In this document: positions 13,822-26,984 of the stretch, piece after piece
Layout of the letters: the number at the start of each line of letters is the position of its first letter
How positions within the stretch are numbered: position 1 is the first letter of the stretch
DNA from: Eledone cirrhosa
Lineage: Eukaryota
Direction: 5' to 3'
Length of the DNA stretch: 64,000 bases
NCBI GenBank assembly: GCA_964016885.1
Contig: OZ024740.1
Coordinates: forward strand, 177,258,001 to 177,322,000
Translations under genes and position numbers: made by a program
Notes under the pieces: generated by a model
The model's database searches: none
Seen by the model: only the letters and a program-made list of their open reading frames with translations
What the model was told of the DNA's origin: nothing

Positions 13822-14689
13822 ATAGTAGTAGTAGTGGTGGAGGTGATGATGTTGATGATGGCGGTGATGGTGGTGGTGGTGGTAGTGGTGGTGGTTGGGG
13901 AGGTGGTGGTGGTAGTTCTAGTGGTGGTAGTAATGGTGGTGGTATTGGTGGTGGTGATGATGTTGATGATGGCGGTGATGGTGGTGGTGGTAGTGGTGGT
14001 TGGGGAGGTGGTGGTGGTAGTTCTAGTGGTGGTATTGGTGGTGGTGATGGTGGTGGTGGTGGTTGTGGTGGTGGTGGTAGTGGTGGTGTTAGTGGTGGTG
14101 GTGGTTGTGGTAGTGGTGGTGGTGATGGTGGTGTTGGTAGTAATGGCGGTAGTGGTGGTGGTGGTGGTAGTGGTAGTAGTAGTGGTCGTGGTGGTAGTAG
14201 TAGTTGTAGTGGTGGTGGTGGTGTTAGTGGTGGTATATGTGGTGGTGGTAGTGGAGTGGAGGTGGGGGTCTTGGTAGTAGTGGTGGTGGTGGTAGTTGTG
14301 GTGGTGGTAGTAGTAGTAGTAGTGGTGGTGGTGGCGGTGGTAGTGATAGTAGTAGTGGTGGTGGTGGTACTGGTGTTGGTAGTAGTGGTGGTGATGATGA
14401 TGGCGATGGTGGTGGTGGTGGTGGTGGTGGTAGTGGTGGTAGTGGTGGTGGCGATGGTGGTGGTTGGGGAGGTGGTGGTGTTGGTAGTTCTGGTGGTGGT
14501 AGTAGTGGTGGTGATGGTGGTGGTAGTGGCAGTGGTGGCAGTAGTGGTCGTGGTGGTAGTAGTAGTTGTAGTGGTGGTAGTGGTGGTGGTAGTGTTAGTG
14601 GTGGTATATGTGGTGGTGATGGTGATGGTTGTGGTGGTGGTAGTGGTAGTGGTGGTGGTGGTAGTGGTAGTAGTAGTGGTGGTGGTGAC

Positions 14690-14723
<34 letters not shown>

Positions 14724-14789
14724 TTGGTGGTAGTTGTAGTAGTTGTAGTAGTAGTATTGGTGGTGGCGGTGGTAGTGGTAGTAGTAGTG

Positions 14790-14839
<50 letters not shown>

Positions 14840-14912
14840 GGTAGTTGTAGTAGTTGTTGTAGTAGTATTGGTGGTGGTAGTGGTTGTAGTAGTAGTAGTA
14901 GTGGTGGAGGTG

Positions 14913-14966
<54 letters not shown>
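13822..14966. repeat. complex (GGT/GTA/GAT)n trinucleotide satellite
   Basis: Direct reading; source of poly-V/poly-T/poly-P ORFs. Confidence 0.95.
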
Positions 14967-15174
14967 ATATATTTATTGGTCACGAGGTCAGCCGATGAGA
15001 GACACCTGACGGCGACCACACAGCATAGTTAGGAGGTTTAGATTCTAATAATAATAATAATAATAATAATAAGAAGAAGAAGATGATTCAGGGGAAATGG
15101 TTTGGATGAAAATCAAATATTATTGTTGGTGTTAAGTGACGATATTTTAAATAATTACTGGTAAGTCTATGATC

Positions 15175-15392
15175 ACTTCACTGATAAGGTCTAATAAGAC
15201 CGAAACACTACTGGAGTTGTCACTATACTGCCAAAATCAGATCACTCATACAAAACAAATATTATGTTCGGTGCTAACATACTTAAGTCAAGAAATGTAA
15301 ATTAATTACATGCTTGATTCGCTGAGAGGTTAAATAAAGACTGAAACATACCCCGTCCTTTCATTATACTGCCATTATCAGATTTCACCCTC
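15175..15392 (+). ncRNA. two degenerate hammerhead motifs in a ~141-nt diverged tandem repeat
   Basis: acttca CTGATAA GGTC taataa GACC GAAA cactac tggagt (15175-15216) and CTGA-GA GGTT aaataa AGACT GAAA (15322-15346), each followed by tcaytatactgcca..atcagat. Confidence 0.5.
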
Positions 15393-16364
15393 ACCCTTAA
15401 TGCCTAAACAAATCATTTTCGTGCATTAGTTCTATAGACACTTTCAGTGTTATTACAAATGACTACGAAGGATGTTAAAACTAGTAGAATATTGTAAACA
15501 TTGACATGCAAATATATACTTTTACGTTTCAAGTTCGAATCTAAATGAGTTTGTTTTGCCTACTCATAATTCACTAGTCAATAAATAAGACAAAACTACA
15601 TTTTATACTTACATCCTTTATTTTCTTAATTCGAATCTGACTTTTCATCCTTCGCAGTTCAATAAAATAAGCACCAATAAATGATTGTGGTTAATTTAAG
15701 CAACTATACTGCTCTACTTTGGCGGCGAATTAGCTGAGTCGTTAGAACGTCGGATAGGGTGCTTTGCAGTATTCGTTCCGGCTCTCTATTCTCTGAGTTC
15801 AAATCCTGCCGAGGTCAACTTTGCCTTTCATCCATTCCAGGTTGATAAAAAAATGTACCAGTATAGTACTGGAGTCGATTCTTCCTCTATATATCTTTTT
15901 CGTTTCCATTCTCTCACTCTCTATCCTTCTTTGGCTGAAATCTGCTGTACTGAGACCTAGAATGGAGAAGATCTCCGCCAGTTTATGAAAATAAATGCCT
16001 TAAGAAAGGCCTCATTTCAATATGGAGCTCCTACTTCTCCCTATAATGTATGGCCTTGTGCCCACGTTACAAATCAGTGTTGTTTTTTAGATTTAAATGA
16101 GACTCCATAAAACATATCTATGATCAAACATAATTCTAATTGTCAATTGTGTGGGTTTCACAGTGAACCCAACACTGTAATGTTCGACATGTCCGACTTT
16201 TTTACAATGGTGATACCTTGTGGTATTTTTACCTTACGTTCTAAGTTCACATCCCTCTGAGTTCAACATGGTTTTTCATTTTCGCGAACTCAATAAAACA
16301 GTACTACTCAATTACTGGCATCGATATCATCGATTGCTATCAACATCAAAGGTTTTGGCCTTAT

Positions 16365-17210
16365 AATAATTGTTTCTACATTTGGCATAGGGCCAGCAAT
16401 TTCCACAGTGCATTACTGGTAGTTTATTTTATCGACCCCGTAAGGACGAAAGGGTAAATTTAACCTCAGCGGGATTTGAATTCAGAACATAAAGGGTCAT
16501 AACTCTGACGCTCTACCGATACTGCCAATCTGCCGCCCTTATAATAATTGTCTCTACTTTAGGCACAAGGCCAGCAATTACCCAGTGCATTACTGGTACT
16601 TTATTTTATCGACCCCGTAAGGATGAAAGGCAAAGTCAACCTCGGCGGGATTTGAACTCAGATCGTAAAGGGGCGTAACTATGCTGGAAAGCATGGCGTC
16701 CGACCCTCTACTGATACTACCAATCCACCGCCCTTATAATAATAATTATTATTCATACAGTGTTTACGTCCCTTTACATTCTGAGTTCAGATCCCTCCGA
16801 GGTTAGCTTTGCCTTTCATCCTTACGGGGCCAGATTTTAAATGGCCAATATACGCAGTATATCATGAAGTTGCTCCTAAGACCCTTATTCCTACTATATC
16901 TTCTATTCCACTAAAACTCTAATAAGTAAATAGGTTTATTAGGCTAGTGGATATATTGTGTGCATCATTGTCGTTGTTGATGGTGATACTATTTAGCCCT
17001 AGTGGGCGGAAGATTGGCAGTATCGGTAGAGCGTCGGACAACATACTTTACAGCATATAGTTACAGTCTTTTACGTTCTGAGTTCAAATCTCGCCGAGGT
17101 TAGCTTTGCTTTTTATCCTTACGGTATCGATAAAATAAAGTACCAGTAGTGCACTTAATTGACTTTCACCTGCCCAAAAATGATTGGCCGTGTGTTTAAA
17201 TCAGAAACTG
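16365..17210. mobile_element. SINE cluster: two tandem minus copies (16365-16540, 16545-16735), + fragment (16765-16830), + copy (17002-17210)
   Basis: Family core and A/B boxes visible in each; further diverged copies at 15720-15880, 18120-18310, 18760-18890. Confidence 0.85.
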
Positions 17211-18323
17211 CTATTTAGTCTCAGGTTAGACCTGTTTAAACAAATTTATGAATGATAAAAGGTGCCGCAACGACGAACAACAAGTCTTTTATTCAGTCAG
17301 TAACGTATGGTTTGAGGGAGATGTGACTGCTGTCATTAAGTCGACCAAACACGTACAGGAGTTCTCGTTACCTGTATAGCTTTTGTTATTTAGAACCAGC
17401 AGATATATCATGAGCGAGTAGACTTGATCAAATGATTATCTCGTCTCTTTCCACTCATAAAAACAACCTAGGTCCACATACAACATGCACATTTCTAAGA
17501 TGGTAAAGTGTGATTTGACGCAGATTTAGCTGCTATTTCTAGCAGAACAACCGACTGCATAGAAGCTCAATGCCTCGTTAGTTCGAAGAAATGTTCGCTT
17601 TTATAGTGGCTGGAGGGTGGAGTAAAGAAGTTTGTGTGTGGTGGTGGTGGCAGTGGCAGTGTCGGCAGCAACGGCAGTAGTGGCGGTGGTGGTGAGTTTC
17701 GTCGTCGTCGTTATAGGTGAGGCAGCATAGAAATGTATTGTGGTAGCAGTGGGGGGGATGTGTTGTAGCAAAGAAATGATGATGGTGGTGGTAGGAGGTA
17801 AGCAGCAAGGAGAAGTGTTTATAATGACGGTGATAGTAGTGGTAGGAGTTGGGGCTGCTGCAAAGAAGTAGCATGAGGTAGTGATAGAGGGAGATAGGGT
17901 TGCAAATACGAAGTATGTGGTGGATTGATGGAAGGATAGAGGTGTAAGTAGCAGAAGAGTGTGGGGTGGTTAAAAGGTAACGCAGGTTAGTGTTTAAGGA
18001 TCAGACCTACAACAATGAAAGCAACAATAATAGTGGCGCCAGTAGAAACAACGACAGCAATAGGAGCTAACGAGGGATGTCTCAACGTAGTCGCACGACA
18101 TGTTAGAAATTGCAACAAAACAGTGGCAGAATCTGTAGAGTGACGAACATGATACCTTGCGGTATTATTTGCTCTGAGTTCAAATCTCGACGACGTCAAC
18201 TTTGCCTTTTATTCCGGGATAAATATAATACAATACAAATTAATTACTGGGAGTCGATGCAGTGAACTACTCCTTCAACAAATGTTTGATCTTGTAACTA
18301 TGTAAGAAATAAATATTGATTCA

Positions 18324-18625
18324 AAATCTAGCAGAAACAGAAGCTTCAGCTGCACGTTTGACTAGAGAAATTTTAGCCTGATAGTGGGATTTAAAACCCC
18401 TAAAATTGGAAAAGGGTGAATATTGACGTACATTCGTCAATACCCATCCTTTTCCATTTTTTAGGGGGTTCTAAACCCCATTATCGAGCTAAAAATGGAA
18501 AAGTATGAGTATTGACGTACATCCGTCAATACCCTGTCTTTTCTATTTATTAGGGGTTTTTAAACCCCACTATTGGGCTAAAATTAGTCAAAGGTGTGAC
18601 GGGAGCTTCTGTTTCTGTTAGATTT
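18324..18625. mobile_element. MITE/foldback with long TIRs and two internal palindromes
   Basis: aaatctagcagaaacagaagct...agcttctgtttctgttagattt termini; tattgacgtacattcgtcaata at 18421 and a copy at 18510. Confidence 0.7.
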
Positions 18626-20430
18626 CAAGCTTTGCTCGCTGTTTCAAGGCAAACTTACTTGTTAGATATTGATTTGTGAAATTGTTATATATTTATTTGT
18701 ATATTAACCATTTCGATTTCTAAATCTATTGTTAATTAATGTTTGTTATTTCGAAGGGGGTAGGCTGGCAGAATTGGTAAAGCGTCCAACAAAATACTAT
18801 GTGGTATTTAGTTATGAGTTTCTACATTCTGGGCTTAAATCCCTCCGAGGCCAACTTTGCCTTTTATCCTTCCGAGGTTGATAAAATACTATACTGGACA
18901 CTCCGTCGGTTACGACGATGAGTGTTTTAGTTGATACGATCAAAGGAACAGTCTGCTCGAGAAATTGATGTGCAAGTGGCTGAGCATTCAACAAACACTA
19001 ACCCTTAATGTGGTTCTCAGGGAGATTCAGCGTGACACAGGATGTGACAAGGCCGATCCTTTAAATTACAGGCACAACTAATTTTTGCCAGATGTGTAGA
19101 CTGGAGCAACGTGAAAATAAAGTGTCTTGCTCAAGGACACAACGTCCCACCGGGAGTCGAACTCACGACCTTACGATTGTGAGCCGAATACCCTGACCAC
19201 AAATCTACCTGCCTTCACTAATAAGATACCAGTAACGTACTAGGTCTGTTATAATACACTTTCTTCTTCCCCTAAATTGCTGGCCTTGTGCTTATGTTAG
19301 AAATCAATGATTATTATTTTATCTTCTTTATGAATGTCTGTGGAACTGTTTTTTTATTTAGACTTTTTATTTGTCTTTCGTTTTATTTATTTTTGTTAAT
19401 TTTTGAGGTTAGTGGGGGTAAATGTCTTACTGGACTAATTAGATAATCCGATTAGCCACCAGCAACCTTCCTCCCACTACTATTTTACCCTTTAAAGAAC
19501 TCACACATACATACATAAGGACTCCAACAAAAACAAATGACACAGGTTAGTAAAAAAGACAAGACATATAATTCGTTATGTCACGTGTCACTGACGGCTT
19601 TCTTTATCCTTCTCTAATTTTCCTGTCTCTTTTTTTTAGAGCCGGAGGTAGGAAACATTTGGTAAGGCCAAGTATTTTGATAGCATACATACCTGCAGTC
19701 ATTGTTGGTGTGTTGCCCTAGATCAAGTCAGATCGAGCAGTCAGACTTATGGTACGTAGATACTCGATCAAATTATTAGGTATAACCTAACAGATAAATC
19801 CATTACTTCAAATAAATCACGCCTCACACAACAGTGAGAGCCATACTGCACACGCTCGTATGCAATGGTGAATCTTGTGGAATGGTGATGACCAATTTGG
19901 AGATGTAGCACCTACTCCGTCCACTGTCATGTTCGCATCTTTGAATATAACCATGATCATCTATGATTGATCATGGTTATATTCAAAGATGTACCAACTA
20001 TGATAACCCCATTTAACAAGTGATTTGAGGGACATTTTGCTGTGATGTTTTTCAATTTTTCTTTTTGTTTGATAGGAGTTTGTGAATTTGACTTTGGCGT
20101 TCATGCATTCGAGGTTGATAAAATAGTACCAGTCTAGTATTGGGATCGATTCTTTCTCCATATATCTTTCTCACTTCCACTCTCTCATTCTCTATCCTTC
20201 TCTGGAAGATATCTACTGAATTCTGACCTGTTTGGAGAAGAGATAGGATCCGCCAGGTTTAAAATGAAATGCCCTAGAAACACCGTATATCAATACGGCG
20301 TCCTACGACTACTTCGTAAGTTACGAGATCATGCATGCATGTATATATATATAAATACACACACACACACGCACACACACACGCACATATATATATACTA
20401 TATATATATATATATATATATATGAAAAAA

Positions 20431-20517
20431 TATGACCCCGACGGCAGAGCTCAAGCCGTTTCGACAGAGTCCAGAAATAGCCGCCGAAACGGCTTGAGCT
20501 CTGCCGTCGGGGTCATA
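20431..20517. repeat. perfect 33-bp GC-rich inverted repeat with 21-nt loop
   Basis: tatgaccccgacggcagagctcaagccgtttcg (20431-20463) / cgaaacggcttgagctctgccgtcggggtcata (20485-20517). Confidence 0.95.
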
Positions 20518-20604
20518 CTTTTCCCTAATTCCCACTCTACTACCCTAAGTATTGAGTACTCTGGTGCGTTATGGTCCATCTGGTTCCTTACCACAATTCC
20601 TTTG

Positions 20605-20639
<35 letters not shown>

Positions 20640-20944
20640 CTTAAAAATGGAATGAGAATAAGAAGAAAGCGAGAACGGGGGGAGGGGGTCCTCATCAGTT
20701 GTCTACTGGGGGTCTTGGATATATCAACGCTTTAAAGACAATATATCTACCCCAGAGCGTTCAATAACTGGGTAAGGTATTGGGAAAACGGAGGAGCGAG
20801 GGAAGGAAAATAGAAGAGAAAATGGAAAAAAGGGAAGAAAAGAGAAAAACAGCGAAAAAAACAACAAACCGAAGAATGTGCTAGCAACTTAAGGTAAGAA
20901 AATCCAAGACCACATCGGTAACTGAACGTAATTTCGAGAGCGAA

Positions 20945-21040
<96 letters not shown>

Positions 21041-21400
21041 TATATATTATGTGTTGCTTGTTTGATTCATCCAGTGGATTGATGAATTCATTAGTCATAG
21101 GCTTCGGTGAAATTCAAGTACAAGTCAATCAAGATACGTTGGAAATAAGGCCTTACTATAAGTATGGAGTGCCGACATCAGTAAATATTTGTTGTTGTTT
21201 TTTGTGACTATAAATCTACAGGCCATCAGTAAGATTTATACATAGAGTGGCTCTGGTATTAGGTATTACAGTGGAAGTGGCTGAAATACCTACGAAGTTT
21301 ACCCATGGCCAGATGTGATATCGACTCCTGCATTCCGAGGTCGAGTATAAAAGCACTCGCCCCTCCCAGCAACACACAAGAGCTTTTCCTTAAGTATATA

Positions 21401-21461
<61 letters not shown>

Positions 21462-21477
21462 TAACCCATACACATTC

Positions 21478-21571
<94 letters not shown>

Positions 21572-22135
21572 TGTGTGTCTGTATATATAGATATATATAC
21601 ACACACATTTATATATTACTCCCACATTTCAGTGAGTATTGTTTAGATTTTGCTATTTAGCTGAACCTCTGAAAACACGTGCGAAATCCATTAACTATAA
21701 CAATATAGATGTTATAGTTAAAGACATAAAAAAAAAAACTCATTGGTTCAATAAAAATTCGAACCTCACATTTCTTTTGATGTGAGAATTAAATATCGTA
21801 TTTTGAAACAAGAAATATATCCTTTAAGCTTATCAATAGCCCAGAATAAAAGAAAACTGAAAGTCTAGCCTGAATATAATATAATATAAGGAGATTTGTG
21901 AGACAGGGGTGAGGAAAAATTGTCTGACCTTTTCCCCGTTATCACAAAGATCAACTTACCCCGAAAGCAGGTAATCTCCAGTGTGGGTATGTATGTAAAT
22001 ACGTTTACATGCATATAGTCACACATTGTATCATTCTGTTTAGGTTTTTTCTCTGCACCTTTGACTGTTCCCCGTTTTATACACATCTATCTATCTATCT
22101 ATCTATCTGTCTGTTCATCTCTCTTTCTCCTTCTC

Positions 22136-22215
<80 letters not shown>

Positions 22216-22290
22216 TAGATATGCACATGGATACAGACACATGCACAGACGCATACATATACGCACACACAACTACACACACACACACAT

Positions 22291-22354
<64 letters not shown>

Positions 22355-22575
22355 TGGAGGATTGGGTCTAAAATTATTGGTTGCCAGGAGATGAAGGAGC
22401 CCACCTACATATAGAATGCTATCATTTGATTATTATAATGAATAAATAACATTCTCGAAAAAATATATAAGTTGAAACAAAACAATGCAATCAAATTTTT
22501 GCAGAAAAATATCTTACCTTCTCAAATAAAAAATATTATGTATTTTGCGAAATCCAGAGACTTTCAATAATGACC

Positions 22576-23054
22576 AGAAGTCGACCCTAAATATTACTAA
22601 TAGCTCTAGGAAAGCCATGAACGACACCACATCTTTTTAACTTTGATTTTGAAAGTAGGTTTATAATTATGAATTTTCATCATCCTTTTGAGGCTGTCTC
22701 GGTGGCCTAGTTGAAGGAATCATAGACGGTGGTGATCGGGAGTAGGGCTCCCGGTAAACCTTTTCAGTTTTTTTATTATATTGGTTGTAAAATAAAAACT
22801 CAAAAAGTACCTCTGGGCTAGGATTGAACCCAAGGCTAAGATCTCCACCGTCTCTAGTACCTACCGCTAGGCCACAGAGACAACTACGAAAAGTCCTATG
22901 AAAATTCATACTTATAAACCTACTTTCAAAATTTTCAAAACATAGTATTGTGGTGTCGTTCATGTCTTTCTTAATGTTATTGCTCCTAATTAAGGTCGAC
23001 TTCTAAACCATTTGGATGTTTCATTTCTGTTGCACCTCATTTCTTTCTCATTCA

Positions 23055-23129
<75 letters not shown>

Positions 23130-23201
23130 ATATTTGAATCTACTATGATTTGGGCTTACTTTATTCATATATATGTCAGATTCAAACTTACAATGATCGG
23201 C

Positions 23202-23240
<39 letters not shown>

Positions 23241-23930
23241 TGCTAAAATAATCAAATTAGATTAATTCAACAGTTAAACACACATAGGAATAATAAGGTT
23301 GTTAGCAAAGGGGCAGAAAATTGACAAGCCGACCCTAAATATTACTAATAGCTCTAGGAAAGACATGAACGACACAACATCTTTTTAACTTTGATTTTGA
23401 AAGTAGGCTTATAATTATCAATTTTCATTATACTTTTGGCCTAGTTCGAGGAATCATAGACGGTGGTGATCCTGGTCGGGAGTAGGGTTCCCAGTAAACC
23501 TTTTCAGTTTTTTTCCATTGGTTGTAAAATAAAAACTGAAAAAGGTTACATGTACCGCTTGACCAGGATTGAACCCAAGGCCAGAGACAACTACGAAACT
23601 CTTATGAAAATTCTTACATATAAACCTACTTTCAAAATTTTCAAAACATAGTATTGTGGTGTCGTCCATGTCTTTCTTAATGTTATTGTTCCTACTTAAG
23701 GTCGACTTCTAAATCATTTGGATGTTCCATAAACTACATCCTCGTTTTTGTTTCTCATATATCTAGACTATATTTTAACCTGTAATCCATGTTTCATTTC
23801 TGTTGCACCTCATCCCCCAGCCTCTCTTTCTCTCTGTGATATTTGAATCTACTACGATTTGGCCTTATTTTATTCCTATATATATGTTTTTGCATGTCAG
23901 ATTCAAACTTACAATGATTGGCATTATGTA
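22576..23930. repeat. MITE-like element (TIRs 22576-22680 / 22897-23004) within a ~750-bp diverged tandem duplication (second copy 23330-23930)
   Basis: agaagtcgaccctaa...ttaaggtcgacttct; both the element and its downstream flank (tgtttcatttctgttgcacctcat, gtcagattcaaacttacaatgat) recur. Confidence 0.75.
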
Positions 23931-23983
23931 TATTTATATATAATATATATATATACTGTATATATATATAATATATATATAAT

Positions 23984-24066
<83 letters not shown>

Positions 24067-24075
24067 TAAAATATA

Positions 24076-24123
<48 letters not shown>

Positions 24124-24378
24124 GACATAATATGTAATCTAGATCCTTGTCCCTCTGTTGTCAAATATCTATCAGTAAACATCAGCATGTGCCAAATACG
24201 AAATTTTGTACATTATCGTTATCTGCACCATTTCACATTGATATATGTTCTGGTAAATTGAATTATTCTCTAGTAAATTTCAAAACATTCGTAACTACAA
24301 TTATGTGTTATCTATCGATTTCTATGTTTATACGAAGTTTTGAATATAGAAAGATTCAATGAAATAATTCTGATGCAG

Positions 24379-24650
24379 CAAATATTCCCTGAGGCTCGGC
24401 CTCCGGATCTGCCAACCACACCAATGTCGCTGCGGTTCCACCGTGGACACTTTAGGCCTCTAGCCGCTTTCCTGTCTCCACAGTGCCGGCCGTATTCAAC
24501 GCCATGCTGCCCTCAACGAGGTCATTAAGCATGGCTTGGACGCTGCAGGCTTCCCTTCCCAGCTCGAGCCGGTGGGGCTGGATCGAGGGGACAGCGCGTC
24601 TCCCTTGCCGTACTCCGGGGAAACGCCTTCTCCATTCTGTCCGCCGGGGC
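24379..24650 (+). pseudogene. C-terminal fragment of a CRE-like (restriction-like endonuclease) non-LTR retrotransposon, internally deleted
   Basis: Manual translation [67 protein letters not shown], then [13 protein letters not shown] in another frame; the PD..D core is missing. Confidence 0.75.
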
Positions 24651-24774
24651 TGTGGGTGGGCTCCATCGCGTACCGTTGTAGTTGTTGTAGAAGAAACGGG
24701 AAGACAACAACTGGAAAGTTTGATTTTCTACTTTATCATTTACTTCTGCACTGAAATCACAATATTATTTATCT

Positions 24775-24918
24775 CCTACTCTGAGTTCAAATCTCCTACT
24801 CTGAGTTCAAATCCTGCCAAGGTTAACTTTGCCTTTTATCCTTACGGGGTCGATAAAATAAAGTACCAGTAATGCACTGGGTAATTGCTGGCCTTGTGCC
24901 TAACGTAGAAACAATTAT
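24775..24918 (+). mobile_element. SINE 3' part with duplicated B-box segment
   Basis: tactctgagttcaaat twice, then the family core and tail. Confidence 0.85.
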
Positions 24919-26984
24919 TTATCTCCTACTGTCACGTTCCATATACATGATCTCTGTACCCACCAAACTCATCCTTTCTACACATATGTGTTGTTGATAT
25001 TAATGTAACAGTTGTTGTCGTTGCCTTCCTCTTGTTAATGGTGGTGGAGATGAAACTGCTACCAGGTCGGGCTGCCAGGCAGTATGCTGAGGCTCCAGTG
25101 CCTTCTTTTACCGAAGATGCGGAGTCGATGTTATTATCCTGTTGCTGTCGCCTTCTTGACCGGAGATGCGGGTCAGTGGCTTTCGGCATCATTTGGCAGC
25201 CCAACGACAAATAAATATATTCTCTATTTTTGGGGGGCTCTTTTCTTTCTCTCTGTCTAATCCGTTTCAAATTGGCAGTGAATTGGTGGTCGGTTTTGTT
25301 TTGTTTTGTTTTATGTTTCCATTTGCTTTTATTTATTTCTCTCGCCCTTCTCGAATGTTTCGGTTCGTTAAATTTGTGAGGTTCCTAGCAGTTATTATTT
25401 GAGGTTATATTTCCATTCTATGGTGTATTCCATCACAACAGCCCATACTGCTTCCCAGCATCATGGATTAAACTGTGAGTTAATGCCGCGAATGTTTGAC
25501 TATTGGGTAATCAGATAGTCCAAGCGTAAAATCATCAATGTAGATATCGATAGAGTCTAGTGGATTTGAGAATGTGTTAGAAGTGATGAAGCAGCGTGGT
25601 AAATGTTTAAGATAAACATTCATTAACTCAAGAGGGTTGGTATCTGATGCAGGCAAATTTCCTTCATCGATGTCAGGATCAACATCTTTATGGGCTTCGC
25701 GTGTTGAGTTACGTATGGCGAACTATAATGTTTAATAATTCGCGACTAGTATAACAGCTCTGTACGGCTCTCATTCAATGGGATGAAAAAACCTGTAAAT
25801 GGGTATGCTTGCTCCAAGGAATGGCATAATATTAGCATACCACATACATATATACACATACATGTATGCCCACGTACATATGTGTGTTGGTATGTCAAAT
25901 ACACACATATATGTGTGTATTTCCGTGTGGGGAGCAACACGTGTTGGTTTGTTTTTAATTTTTATTTATTCTCTCTTTCTAATCCGATTCAATATGGTAT
26001 AGCTTATTCGTCGCATATGTGAATATATATAAACGGATTTAAGGATACAAAAATTGCTCAACAAGCAAAGAAGACATGACATGACATAATATGTGTATAT
26101 AAATACATTTGAATACATTATTGATGCATATGTGTGTATGTTGAATAGCTGTCTCTTTCAACGGCGAATGTTGAGGTTGTTTGAGCAACGGAATAACCTG
26201 CTCGTGAAATGAATGTGCCTGTTGTTAAGTATTGCATAGATACTTGTACGTTTATTGCAATTTTAACATCCATTCAATATACCAATAGTTGAGACTAGTA
26301 AATCCATGTTTATAAACAATCACCAATTGAGAATTTGAAAATTTCGATGATTGGTGATATGTATAAAGCCACCATCGTTCAAGGATTTCACTTTTAAAAT
26401 AGATAGACAAAAATACCCATACAGCCACAGACACCCACCCACACATCTATATAAATGTAAATAAATGAATAAATAAATATACATATATGTAGATATGTAT
26501 GTACATATGTTGATAGGTAGGAGAGTTTTATAGTGATTCCAATTTAGGTTCGATACACATAAACAAATGTGAAACGCAGTACAAAAGACCAGACAACTGT
26601 TGATTTACATATGGCCCCGATATCACTTGTGTTTAATTCAATTTTACAGATCCTACTTCTTACTCGACTAGTCAAGTGGATCGGTTGGAAATAGAGCTTA
26701 ACATATATATATATATATATATATATAAATATAATTCAGCGAGAATCGTGTTTCGGCTGGTAGAAAAGCGAAACGAAACGCAAAATCGTAGAAATGCTGG
26801 CAAGCGCTCAATAGTTAAAAAAAACTAGAGCTAAACAATATGTTAAAACGCCATACAAACTGAAAAAGTGGTTAAGAAGGCATTAACCACCTAAGCCAAA
26901 AAACAAATCAAGCTAAACAGGTCAAACAAAATAAATGTATATATATAGAAACAAGCCCCTTGCAACAGTCAAAACCAGCCACTA

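Noticed and set aside
13769-15032. Long ORFs (416, 258, 147 aa) resembling mucin/extensin
   Set aside because: Open in several frames only because of stop-free trinucleotide repeats; no splice or domain evidence.
20685-20745. Minus-strand CTGATGAGGAC
   Set aside because: No downstream GAAA or closing stem; at best a truncated half.
21050-21100. Minus-strand CTAATGA-ATTCATC/GATGAAT-CAAA hairpin
   Set aside because: Needs at least three core substitutions and lacks stem I.
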